IMG/VR virus record: IMGVR_UViG_3300025120_000025 | Location: 1-64,000 of that record | From: a virus | Strand: one strand, 5' to 3' | Length of the DNA: 64,000 nucleotides | Shown: in pieces, positions 50,311 through 59,017 of the stretch | Layout: every line of letters starts with the position of its first letter | How positions within the stretch are numbered: the first letter of the stretch is position 1 | The notes under the pieces: model-generated | The model's database searches: none | What the model was told of the DNA's origin: nothing | Seen by the model: only the letters and a program-made list of their open reading frames with translations | Program-made: the position numbers and the translations under genes

Positions 50311-50855
50311 GAAAGCAAATCGATTATGTAGATGATTTGTTTACTGATGAGTTTATTCAAGAAGTATCAACTAAGTATCATACAAATTTATTTGAATATG
50401 GCAACGTATCTAATAATCCTAATGATGCAATCTTTTGGTCATCTAGACGTTTGAATGATAATTCACCGATTACAGATTGTTGGCATCAAAAGAAAATACT
50501 TGATGTTATATCTGACTATTATAAATTTAAAACTTTCAAAGTAGACAATCAAAATATCTATATCAATGGTCAGACATATAAGTTAGATGGTTCAATGCAT
50601 ATCGATAGTGGTCATAGAACTGATCCTGATGCACACATGACAATCTTGTATATGGTAAACTGGCAAGATGCAGGCATACAAGGTTTTGAAACAAATATGG
50701 GTATTGTTCCATTCAAGGCAGGTAGAGTTGTGATTTTCAACTCAATAATGTCACATAGAGGACTATCTACTGAAAGCGTGAATAATCTAAGAATGACATT
50801 AACTTGGAAAAGTTGCGAAATAGTACTTGACAAAACTAGTCCTTTAGTGTTATAA
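50307..50855 (+). CDS. 2OG-Fe(II) oxygenase
   Basis: ATGA overlap with the upstream stop; NGQT..MHID..GRVVIF....HRG..RMT. Confidence 0.8.
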   Translation: MRKQIDYVDDLFTDEFIQEVSTKYHTNLFEYGNVSNNPNDAIFWSSRRLNDNSPITDCWHQKKILDVISDYYKFKTFKVDNQNIYINGQTYKLDGSMHIDSGHRTDPDAHMTILYMVNWQDAGIQGFETNMGIVPFKAGRVVIFNSIMSHRGLSTESVNNLRMTLTWKSCEIVLDKTSPLVL

Positions 50856-50856
50856 T
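50827..50856 (+). promoter_or_regulatory. sigma70-type early promoter
   Basis: AAATAGTAC-TTGACA-18 bp-TATAAT with TGn. Confidence 0.7.
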
Positions 50857-51082
50857 GAAAACTTATATACACGTTAATCAACATAAGATTAGAGCAAACA
50901 AAAAACATGGTACCAATGAACCTGTCATCACTATCAAAAAAGGTAGAACGAACACATATTGTCATGCAGTTAAAATACATGGCGACAGTGTAGTGAGATA
51001 TGGTGGTAGCGAAAAACCTATTCTCTCTTGCGGTGCAAGAGTAGTAATAGAAACTGACAATGAAGTAGAGGTTATTGAATGA
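50855..51082 (+). CDS. conserved small hypothetical protein
   Basis: IHVNQH.IR.N.K..PVIT.K..LSCGARV.IET; coupled on both sides. Confidence 0.7.
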   Translation: MKTYIHVNQHKIRANKKHGTNEPVITIKKGRTNTYCHAVKIHGDSVVRYGGSEKPILSCGARVVIETDNEVEVIE

Positions 51083-52635
51083 AGCATTTTTACGAGAGAA
51101 ATAGTTATCTATTAGAACACGAAGTCAATAAGACATTCGAAGAAGTTCTATGGATGTCCGATGAAGATTTTAGAACATGGTTGCGTGATATGCGTAGAGA
51201 AGTCGTTTATTCATGGGATACTCTCGGTCTACCCCCTAGAGTTGGTTGGTCAGAAGATAAGATTATTGACCAGTTTAATAAGATGTCTAGTTTCAACGTA
51301 AAAGACTTTGAATGCTTTAATGAAGAAACTAATGACACAGATGTTATTAGAAATACTAGTGTTATAGGTAATGCCGCCAATCAGTTCTTTCCTACAATGA
51401 TGAAGACTAAGATTGTGTATAATGATATAAGTAAAGCAAAGAGCATCTACGACCATTTTGTAGACGAAGACTTATTTCAAAAGGTATACACATATGGACA
51501 TAGACATTTCAAGAGAGATAGTTTTTATCACTATTCTAATCCTGTCAAGTTGGATGATGTACTAGATTTCGAAAATCAAAAGTACAAAGTAAAATCTGGC
51601 GTAGACTTTATTAACTGGTTTGAGAAAGTAGGAAGACAATACGATACACACGACTATTGGTTGAAACCTGATAAAGAAGAAGAGTATACAGGTTATGATG
51701 ATAAACTTAGAGGTGTTAATTGGGCATCTTTAACTAGAGAAGAAATTGAGAAATTAGATATTCCTGAGAACTGTAAAGTAAACATGAAAGATGATATGAA
51801 TGTATATCAAATTATGTTTTTTAAAAAAGGTCAAAAGATTTTTCCTCTAGGTTTCAAACCATTTCGTATTTCATGGTGTCAATATGCCGTGAACTTTCCA
51901 CCATTAACTGCAAAGTATCTCTATGAAAAATATACCGAACACTTTAAAGAACAGTCTACTATTCGTATTTGGGATCCTAGTGCTGGTTGGGGTGGTCGTA
52001 TTCTCGGTGCTATGTCTGTTCGTGATGACCGCTCTATACATTATATTGGTACTGATCCCAACACTGACCACACTGTTGTATTGGAAGATGGTACCAAATC
52101 AACAAAGTATGAAGAACTAGCGAGATTTTTCAATGAAAAAACATACAGAGGCAACGGACTCTTCCCACACACAAACACATACGAGATACATCAAGTCGGT
52201 TCAGAGACCTTTGAGTGTGAGGAAAACTCTCTCGACATGGTATTCACTTCCCCACCATATTTCGCCAAAGAGGCGTACAGTGATGACGAAGAACAATCAT
52301 ACAAGAAGTTCGACCAATACGAAACGTGGGTAGAAGGTTTTCTGAGACCTACATTAGAGAATGCTTACAAGTATCTTAAAAGCGACAGATACTTGCTCTG
52401 GAACATTGCTGATGCTAAATTTGGTAACACTATGCTTCCACTAGAATCCGATAGCATAAATATATGTAAGAACCTAGGGTTTGAATATGTGACTATGTTG
52501 AAAATGGCACTTGCTCAAATGCCTGGCGGTAATAGAGTAGATGAGGAGACAGGTAAACCACGAGCAAAGAATTTTTGTAAAGTGAATGGTATCTGGTTAA
52601 AATATGAACCAATCTTTGTTTTTAGAAAGTCGTAA
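51079..52635 (+). CDS. SAM-dependent DNA amino-methyltransferase-like protein (N4C/N6A class)
   Basis: DPSAGWGGR (SAM motif I) and FTSPPYF (motif IV); long N-terminal extension. Confidence 0.8.
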   Translation: MKHFYERNSYLLEHEVNKTFEEVLWMSDEDFRTWLRDMRREVVYSWDTLGLPPRVGWSEDKIIDQFNKMSSFNVKDFECFNEETNDTDVIRNTSVIGNAANQFFPTMMKTKIVYNDISKAKSIYDHFVDEDLFQKVYTYGHRHFKRDSFYHYSNPVKLDDVLDFENQKYKVKSGVDFINWFEKVGRQYDTHDYWLKPDKEEEYTGYDDKLRGVNWASLTREEIEKLDIPENCKVNMKDDMNVYQIMFFKKGQKIFPLGFKPFRISWCQYAVNFPPLTAKYLYEKYTEHFKEQSTIRIWDPSAGWGGRILGAMSVRDDRSIHYIGTDPNTDHTVVLEDGTKSTKYEELARFFNEKTYRGNGLFPHTNTYEIHQVGSETFECEENSLDMVFTSPPYFAKEAYSDDEEQSYKKFDQYETWVEGFLRPTLENAYKYLKSDRYLLWNIADAKFGNTMLPLESDSINICKNLGFEYVTMLKMALAQMPGGNRVDEETGKPRAKNFCKVNGIWLKYEPIFVFRKS

Positions 52636-53284
52636 TCTTTTTGTAAACCCTCCAGTTGATTTTGAAGATTGGGGTAATTTCGATTATGATAAAGCGTTTG
52701 GCATTGACAAGTATTGTTACAATGCATACAGGCACTTTATCTTACCTTATCTAACAGACCCAACTAATCAAACTATTGTTGATATTAACACCGGTAAAGG
52801 TTGTGGTATCGCTGGACTCAAGAGAGAGTTTGGTTTTAAAAAGTGTATCGGATTTACAGGTTCAACTCAATTACTACATCACTGCAAAGATATATGGAAT
52901 GAAAAAGGTCTATCATTCTATAAAGACTTCATCTTGTCTAAGCAAGGTAAAGCAGACTTTCTATTTTCATATGAAGCATTCGAAGATTATGATAATAAGA
53001 GTGCATTACTACTTAGACTATCACAAGCACTAAATGAAGACGGAATTTTAGTTATCATACAATCAACTTTCAATGATTATGAATATCACAGTTATGAGAA
53101 TATTCTAGAGAATGTACATGGACTTAAAAAATTATCATCTCAAGATATATCTGCCCATGTACTACAAGGAATCAAACAATTTGAACACCACAACGATGGT
53201 TCGATGTCTATTATGCATTCAAGATTTAGTAAAAACTTAACGAGACATGAGTATAAAATTATGGCAAGTGTATTTCAGAGATGA
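52604..53284 (+). CDS. class I SAM-dependent methyltransferase-like protein
   Basis: IVDINTGKG.G, ADFLFSYEAF and L...LNEDGILVI (degenerate motifs). Confidence 0.6.
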   Translation: MNQSLFLESRNLFVNPPVDFEDWGNFDYDKAFGIDKYCYNAYRHFILPYLTDPTNQTIVDINTGKGCGIAGLKREFGFKKCIGFTGSTQLLHHCKDIWNEKGLSFYKDFILSKQGKADFLFSYEAFEDYDNKSALLLRLSQALNEDGILVIIQSTFNDYEYHSYENILENVHGLKKLSSQDISAHVLQGIKQFEHHNDGSMSIMHSRFSKNLTRHEYKIMASVFQR

Positions 53285-53787
53285 CAACAGTTTCAGTATT
53301 TGAAAATTTTCTATCATACGATGATTTATTTAATGTGAAAGAACTATCGAATGAAATCTATTATAGTCCAGACGCTTGTAAAAGTACTAATGCTGGTTGG
53401 ACTAAAGCAGTAATAGGTAATAGTTTTCCTGTTGTTTGTTGTAAGATAGAAGATGAAAAGTTATTAGAAGTTCTACAGAAAAAGATAGATGAAACTGCAA
53501 ATGAGTATGAGATAAAATCTGCAAGTTTTTTCTATTGGACAGAATTCAGTTATATACCTTGGCACGATGATGCAGGTCACGATGCGGCAATGACAATATA
53601 CTTATCCGACCACGATGAAAATGATGGTGGATATTTCATGTATAAAAGACAAGAAGAGATTGTAGCAATACCACCAGTAATGAATAGAGCAATACTTCAA
53701 GTAGAAGGCGTACCACATTCGACCACTGCATTGAATTCTAGGTCACCTATACGAAAAACAATTCAAATATTTCTTCAAAAAAAGTAA
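53281..53787 (+). CDS. prolyl-4-hydroxylase-like 2OG-Fe(II) oxygenase
   Basis: IPWHDD..TIYL..GGYF..P..NRA..PH.TT..RKTIQ. Confidence 0.85.
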   Translation: MTTVSVFENFLSYDDLFNVKELSNEIYYSPDACKSTNAGWTKAVIGNSFPVVCCKIEDEKLLEVLQKKIDETANEYEIKSASFFYWTEFSYIPWHDDAGHDAAMTIYLSDHDENDGGYFMYKRQEEIVAIPPVMNRAILQVEGVPHSTTALNSRSPIRKTIQIFLQKK

Positions 53788-53796
53788 AAATAGTAC

Positions 53797-53825
53797 TTGA
53801 CATACTAAATAGTTTATGGTATAGT
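53797..53825 (+). promoter_or_regulatory. sigma70-type early promoter
   Basis: AAATAGTAC-TTGACA-17 bp-TATAGT with TGn. Confidence 0.8.
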
Positions 53826-53831
53826 TTACCT

Positions 53832-53975
53832 ATGATGATATTTAAAAGTATTTGGTTCGGACTAACTCTTCCCTTTAGACTGATTTATTGGTTGATTTGT
53901 TGTATTTTTGCAACATATTTTATGATTTTCAGTTTATTTTGCATTATTGCCATAATTAGTGTGGTTTTCGCTTGA
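53832..53975 (+). CDS. 47-aa hydrophobic membrane peptide, probably leaderless (below ORF-track cutoff)
   Basis: MMIFKSIWFGLTLPFRLIYWLICCIFATYFMIFSLFCIIAIISVVFA*; ATG 7 nt after the -10 box. Confidence 0.55.
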   Translation: MMIFKSIWFGLTLPFRLIYWLICCIFATYFMIFSLFCIIAIISVVFA

Positions 53976-54000
53976 CATATACATTAAAATATGCGATAAT
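53972..54000 (+). promoter_or_regulatory. sigma70-type early promoter
   Basis: TTGACA-17 bp-GATAAT with TGn. Confidence 0.75.
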
Positions 54001-54030
54001 GTTTACATGATGATGAGAAAAGAGGTTGAT

Positions 54031-56343
54031 GTGAAAAACAATGTTAAAGAAATAAAGTCAGTACTAGCAAAATTACTTGCCACTGAAAATCTATCTGTAG
54101 AATTCGCTAATGTCGAGACTGCAAGTTTCGATGTTGAAAAACGTATTTTGCGTATTCCTACAATGAAAGATATCAGTGATGAAGTATTAGACTTGTTTGT
54201 TGGTCACGAAGTTTCTCACGCACTATACACTCCAATAGAGGGTCTAGAAAAACTCGCTGACAAACCTAAGAATTTTCACTCTTTTGTAAACGTAGTCGAA
54301 GATGTTCGTATTGAGCGACTAATTCAAAAGAAGTATCCTGGTCTGAGAAAACCTTTCTTTAATGCCTATGCTAAGTTGAAAGCAGATAACTTTTTCAAAC
54401 TTGATGGTATGAATGTTGCTGACCTTCTTCTTATCGACAGAATGAATGTTAAAGCAAAACTCGGTACACAAATCGATATTCCTTTCGATAGTGTAGAAGA
54501 AGAGTTTATGACCAGAGCAAAAACTACTGAGACTTTCGATGAAGTCTTTGCTCTTGCTGAAGAACTTTATGAGTATTGTCAAGATGAGTTAGAGAAAAAA
54601 AAGCAAGATGATCCTGAGCAAGTCGACCAGTATTTGACTTCAATGCCAATGTCTGGTGAGAATGAGAACGAAGAAGATTTTCAAGAACAAGACACTGCAC
54701 AGTCTGATGACAATCAAGAAGAGACTGGTAGTGAGAGTGAGCAATCAAAACCTGATACTGAAGAAGATGAAAATTCAAAAGAAGGTACAGATGTTCGTTC
54801 AAATGCTACTGAAAAGAGTGATGATGAAGGTGATGAAGGTGCAGAGACAAAACCTGTTCCAAAATCAAACATGACCGAAGACATTGCGAAAACAGAAGGT
54901 CTTACTCCTGGTGCGAAATCACTAACTGACCTTGCTACTCAACAATCTACTAAAGATATGGTTGAGACTGACACTAACAAGCAAGTTCGTTATTTTGATG
55001 TTCCTAAAGTTCTTAAAATCAATGACTACATTGTTCCTTTTCAAGAGATTAAAAAGAAACTTTATGACCATTGGAATGTTACTCCTGGTTCAAAAAATGA
55101 GACAACTCTTTCTAAGAATGTAAAAGAATTCAAGAAAGAAAATGAAAAAGTTATCAACTATTTGCATAAAGAATTCGAAATGAAAAAGCAGGCAGATAGA
55201 TATGCGAGAGCGACTACTGCCAGAACTGGTGTTCTGAATGTAAATAAGTTACACTCATACAAGTATAATGATGATATCTTCCTAAAGAAAAATATTATTC
55301 CTAATGGTAAAGACCACGGTATGGTTTTCTTTCTTGACTGGTCTGGTTCAATGGCAGATAATATGCATGGTACTATGCAACAGTTGATTAACCTTGCACT
55401 CTTTTGTAAGAAGGCGCAAATTCCTTTCGCCGCTTATGGGTTCTCTTCTGAGTATGCTAAGAACAACCTTTCACAAGAAGCAAAAATGATGCGTCAATCA
55501 AGAAATATGCACGAAGCAAACATTGAAAATATTTCTCTTCTTGAATTGTTCAGTGAGAAAATGACTTCAAAAGAATTCAATGATGCTCTCGGTGTTGCTA
55601 ATGCAATCGGTTCTATGTACGATAGAAAAAGCAGAGGCGACTATGCATGGTGGGGTCTTCCTCGTGATATGTATCTTGGTGGTACACCTCTTAATCATTG
55701 TATCGTACTTGCTACTAGATTAATAAAAGAATTCAAGCAAAGAAATAATGTGCAGATTGTTAGTACATCATTTTTAACTGATGGTTCAAGTCACTCTATC
55801 GATGGCGTTGTTGGTTATCAAAAAGACCGTGACGATGTTTCCCGAATGAGACATAATGATGATACTTATCGTCAAGCAGGTACTTTGATCCTGCGAGATG
55901 GTCAAAATCAAGTTGCTATCAAAAACAATAGTAAATGGTCAAGTGTCGATAGTAATGATATTACAAAAGGTTTGTACAAGTTGCTGAAAATATCAACTGG
56001 TGCTAATACAACTGGTTTCTTTGTCGCTGGTCGTAATGAAATTCGTTATGCTTGGTCACTGTACTTTGCAGATTGGACTAATAGAGATGATGATATGGCA
56101 GTCAGTTTTGACCACTGGAAAAAAGTCTTAACAAGAGATAATGCTACCACTTCTACAAAGTCTGGTCTTGATGAACTGTACATAATCAAAGGTGGTAAAG
56201 CACTTGAGGTTGTAGATGAAGGTCTTGGTGATGATATGAATGGTGCTTCAAAGCAAAAACTAACTACCGCATTCAAGAGAATGGGTCGTGGTAAACTAAA
56301 GAATAGGGTAATCCTACAAAAGTTTATCGAAAATATAGCATAA
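54031..56343 (+). CDS. HExxH metallopeptidase-like plus vWA domain protein (CobT-like partner of MoxR ATPase)
   Basis: HEVSH..NVVED.RIE, acidic linker, MIDAS DWSGS, GTPL, TDG; GTG start after GAGGT (alternative ATG at 54007). Confidence 0.85.
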   Translation: MKNNVKEIKSVLAKLLATENLSVEFANVETASFDVEKRILRIPTMKDISDEVLDLFVGHEVSHALYTPIEGLEKLADKPKNFHSFVNVVEDVRIERLIQKKYPGLRKPFFNAYAKLKADNFFKLDGMNVADLLLIDRMNVKAKLGTQIDIPFDSVEEEFMTRAKTTETFDEVFALAEELYEYCQDELEKKKQDDPEQVDQYLTSMPMSGENENEEDFQEQDTAQSDDNQEETGSESEQSKPDTEEDENSKEGTDVRSNATEKSDDEGDEGAETKPVPKSNMTEDIAKTEGLTPGAKSLTDLATQQSTKDMVETDTNKQVRYFDVPKVLKINDYIVPFQEIKKKLYDHWNVTPGSKNETTLSKNVKEFKKENEKVINYLHKEFEMKKQADRYARATTARTGVLNVNKLHSYKYNDDIFLKKNIIPNGKDHGMVFFLDWSGSMADNMHGTMQQLINLALFCKKAQIPFAAYGFSSEYAKNNLSQEAKMMRQSRNMHEANIENISLLELFSEKMTSKEFNDALGVANAIGSMYDRKSRGDYAWWGLPRDMYLGGTPLNHCIVLATRLIKEFKQRNNVQIVSTSFLTDGSSHSIDGVVGYQKDRDDVSRMRHNDDTYRQAGTLILRDGQNQVAIKNNSKWSSVDSNDITKGLYKLLKISTGANTTGFFVAGRNEIRYAWSLYFADWTNRDDDMAVSFDHWKKVLTRDNATTSTKSGLDELYIIKGGKALEVVDEGLGDDMNGASKQKLTTAFKRMGRGKLKNRVILQKFIENIA

Positions 56344-56389
56344 AAATGAAAAAAAATGCATTATTTGCCATAAAAAGTGAAAATAGTGC

Positions 56390-56419
56390 TTGACAAACTA
56401 CTAAGAATAATGCTATAAT
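56390..56419 (+). promoter_or_regulatory. sigma70-type early promoter
   Basis: AAATAGTGC-TTGACA-18 bp-TATAAT with TGn. Confidence 0.8.
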
Positions 56420-56448
56420 AAATTATAATGATGAGAAAAGGTGATAAT

Positions 56449-57621
56449 ATGATGAATAAACGTGATGACTATATTGCGAAAGCAAAAGAACTGTTCAATG
56501 GTAAGAATGATTTTACCAGAGCAGAATTGGTTACTGTAGCAAATGAGATGGGTATGAAATATGCTCCGTCTTGGATTGTTAAAAATGACGAGTACAAAAT
56601 AGGTAACGGTTTGTATTCACTAATTGGTGGCAGTGTAATGCCTGAAACAAAGGTTGATGCAGTAATGCAAAACATTCAAGTTCCAGAACAACCACAAGCG
56701 AAAAAAACTATCGCAGTGAGTGATACTACTATTCACAACTTGATTCCTCAAGTCTATGCGAACTATGTTCCTTTTGGTCAGTTCCAAGATGTTCGAAGCA
56801 TCATTCGTTCTAAAATGTTCTACCCTATTTTCTGCACTGGTCTATCAGGTAATGGTAAGACCATGATGTTCGAACAAGTGTGTGCAATGCTCAAAAGAGA
56901 ATTCTTTAGAGTTAACATTACTATCGAAACCGATGAAGATGATTTACTCGGTGGGTATAGACTTGTCGATGGTGAGACTGTCTGGTATGATGGTCCAGTT
57001 ATCCAAGCAATGAAAGCAGGCGGTGTTCTGCTTCTAGATGAGATTGACCTTGCATCAAACAAGATTATGTGTTTGCAACCAATCCTAGAAGGCGGTGGTG
57101 TTCTTCTCAAGAAGATTAACCAGTTCGTAGAACCAACACCTGGTTTTCAGATTGTAGCAACTGCCAATACTAAAGGTAAGGGTTCAGAAGATGGTCGTTT
57201 CATCGGCACTAACATTCTGAACGAGGCGTTCCTTGAAAGGTTCCCTATTACAATCGAACAAGATTATCCTGCAGTCGCTATTGAGAAAAAGATTGTCTCA
57301 AAAGAACTGATTGCAGTCGATAAAGAAGATGAGGACTTTGCTGATAAACTTGTCAAGTGGGCAGATATTATCAGAAAGACTTTCCTCGATGGAGGAATCG
57401 ATGAGTTGATTGCAACTCGTAGACTAGTCCACATCGTTAAAGCATATTCCGTCTTTGGTGACAGAATGAAAGCGATACAAATGTGTATCAATCGTTTTGA
57501 CGATGAAACAAAATCAGCGTTCATCGACCTTTACACAAAGGTAGATGCTGATGCAGTCAATACTGATTTCGGTGAAAGTGAAGTTGCACCAAAAGAAGAT
57601 GTTGACAAAACACCGTTTTAA
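56449..57621 (+). CDS. MoxR/CobS-like AAA+ ATPase
   Basis: GLSGNGKT, LLLDEID, ATANTKGKG, NEAFLERF; start after AAGGTG. Confidence 0.92.
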   Translation: MMNKRDDYIAKAKELFNGKNDFTRAELVTVANEMGMKYAPSWIVKNDEYKIGNGLYSLIGGSVMPETKVDAVMQNIQVPEQPQAKKTIAVSDTTIHNLIPQVYANYVPFGQFQDVRSIIRSKMFYPIFCTGLSGNGKTMMFEQVCAMLKREFFRVNITIETDEDDLLGGYRLVDGETVWYDGPVIQAMKAGGVLLLDEIDLASNKIMCLQPILEGGGVLLKKINQFVEPTPGFQIVATANTKGKGSEDGRFIGTNILNEAFLERFPITIEQDYPAVAIEKKIVSKELIAVDKEDEDFADKLVKWADIIRKTFLDGGIDELIATRRLVHIVKAYSVFGDRMKAIQMCINRFDDETKSAFIDLYTKVDADAVNTDFGESEVAPKEDVDKTPF

Positions 57622-57636
57622 GAGTATACTTAAAAC
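57602..57636 (+). promoter_or_regulatory. sigma70 promoter with a palindrome over the -10 box
   Basis: TTGACA-17 bp-TATACT; GTTTTAAG-N6-CTTAAAAC at 57615-57636. Confidence 0.7.
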
Positions 57637-57644
57637 ACTTGATA

Positions 57645-57665
57645 GAGACTACATTGTGTAGTCTC
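57645..57665 (+). other. perfect 9-bp hairpin in 5' leader
   Basis: GAGACTACA-TTG-TGTAGTCTC. Confidence 0.6.
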
Positions 57666-57696
57666 GCAAATACATTATATAAGGAGCGAACTTATA

Positions 57697-57951
57697 ATGA
57701 CAAAAGCAAAAACGTCTGTAAAGACAAAAATTATGAATGCACTTTCAACAGGTGCTTCATTCACCACTAAACAACTTGCAAGAAAAGCAAACACTAATAC
57801 AGTGAATGTTGCAAGGCGTGTACATGACCTTCGTTTCGAAGGCAACATGATTTATGCTAACCCTACCGGTAAAGGTAGCACTGTAGCGTATCGTGTAGGT
57901 ACACCATCTAAGGCAGTTATCGCCGCTGGTCTTCAAGCACTAGCATCGTAA
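57697..57951 (+). CDS. small basic winged-HTH-like DNA-binding protein
   Basis: KIMNAL..G..FT.KQLA..NVARRVHDLR.EG.MIY.N..YR.GTP. Confidence 0.7.
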   Translation: MTKAKTSVKTKIMNALSTGASFTTKQLARKANTNTVNVARRVHDLRFEGNMIYANPTGKGSTVAYRVGTPSKAVIAAGLQALAS

Positions 57952-57964
57952 CAGTCTAACGTAT

Positions 57965-58009
57965 GGGCATCGAGGACATCATCTTACATCACCTTTCTCC
58001 TCGGTGCCC
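57965..58009 (+). other. 12-bp GC-rich stem with 21-nt pyrimidine-rich loop (structured RNA candidate)
   Basis: GGGCATCGAGGA / TCCTCGGTGCCC; loop CATCATCTTACATCACCTTTC. Confidence 0.6.
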
Positions 58010-58050
58010 TTACTATTATTTAATTTATTATGAAACTAAAAGTGAGAAAT

Positions 58051-58338
58051 ATGAAAAATACTAAGATAGAATACAAGTTCAACGAAAAGAACTTAATAGA
58101 AGAATTCCAAACATACATTGATGCGACCTATAACAAGGGTCACTATTCAAAAGACAAGTTTCAAGCAACCGAGTTCATCATCGATGGTGGACACGGCACA
58201 GGTTTTTGTATCGGCAATGTGCTAAAGTATGCACAACGATATGGCAAAAAGGGTTCTGCTAGTGATGCCCGAAAAGATTTATTAAAAGTCTTACACTATG
58301 CAATTATACAACTGCACATACATGATGAGGATTTATAA
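58051..58338 (+). CDS. conserved hypothetical protein (DUF3310-like)
   Basis: YKFNE..YID.TY..HY..GFCIGN.LKYAQRYGKK..DLLK.LHY. Confidence 0.75.
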   Translation: MKNTKIEYKFNEKNLIEEFQTYIDATYNKGHYSKDKFQATEFIIDGGHGTGFCIGNVLKYAQRYGKKGSASDARKDLLKVLHYAIIQLHIHDEDL

Positions 58339-59003
58339 TGAAAATCAGTAAAAACACTTTTGAGGTTTTGAAAAACTTCAGCGAGATTAATGAGAACCTG
58401 CTCATCAAACCAGGTAACACTTTAGAGACTATTTCAGTGATGAAAAATGTTCTAGCAACTGCGAAAGTCGAAGAGACTTTTGATAAAGAGTTTGCTATCT
58501 ATGATTTGAATTCCTTTCTAAGTGTTCTATCACTTTACGAAGCACCAGACGTTAATTTGTTTGATGACTACTTAACTGTGTCACAAGGCAAAGCAGTTTC
58601 TAAGTTCTGGTATGCTGATCCTAGTTTAGTAGTATCACCGACTAAAGGCATCACTATGCCAAGTAGTGAAGTAAAAGTCCGTATCACTCAATCAACATAT
58701 TCAGATTTATTGAAAGCATCTAATATCATGCAACTATCTGATATCGGTTTGATTAGTGATGGTGATACTATTAATCTTATTGCAACTGATAAGAAGAACC
58801 AAACTTCAAATCAGTTCAATGTTGAAGTAGCAGAAGGCACTGGTAGTAAGTTCTCTATGTACTTCAAGCGTGATAATCTGAGAATGATTCCAGGTGAGTA
58901 TGACTTGATTGTATCAAGTAAGAATATTTCACATTGGGTCAATGCTAACAAGAACTTGCAGTATTGGATTGCTCTAGAGGTCGATAGCACATTTGAAGGT
59001 TAA
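58338..59003 (+). CDS. gp45: sliding clamp gp45
   Basis: MKIS..T..VLKNF..IN, FAIYDL..FL, YWIALE. Confidence 0.95.
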   Translation: MKISKNTFEVLKNFSEINENLLIKPGNTLETISVMKNVLATAKVEETFDKEFAIYDLNSFLSVLSLYEAPDVNLFDDYLTVSQGKAVSKFWYADPSLVVSPTKGITMPSSEVKVRITQSTYSDLLKASNIMQLSDIGLISDGDTINLIATDKKNQTSNQFNVEVAEGTGSKFSMYFKRDNLRMIPGEYDLIVSSKNISHWVNANKNLQYWIALEVDSTFEG

Positions 59004-59017
59004 CACAAAGGATTATT

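Noticed and set aside
54031-57621. CobS/CobT as cobalamin-biosynthesis auxiliary genes
   Set aside because: The architecture is a generic MoxR AAA+ plus vWA pair common in T4-like phages; no CobN or other cob genes are present
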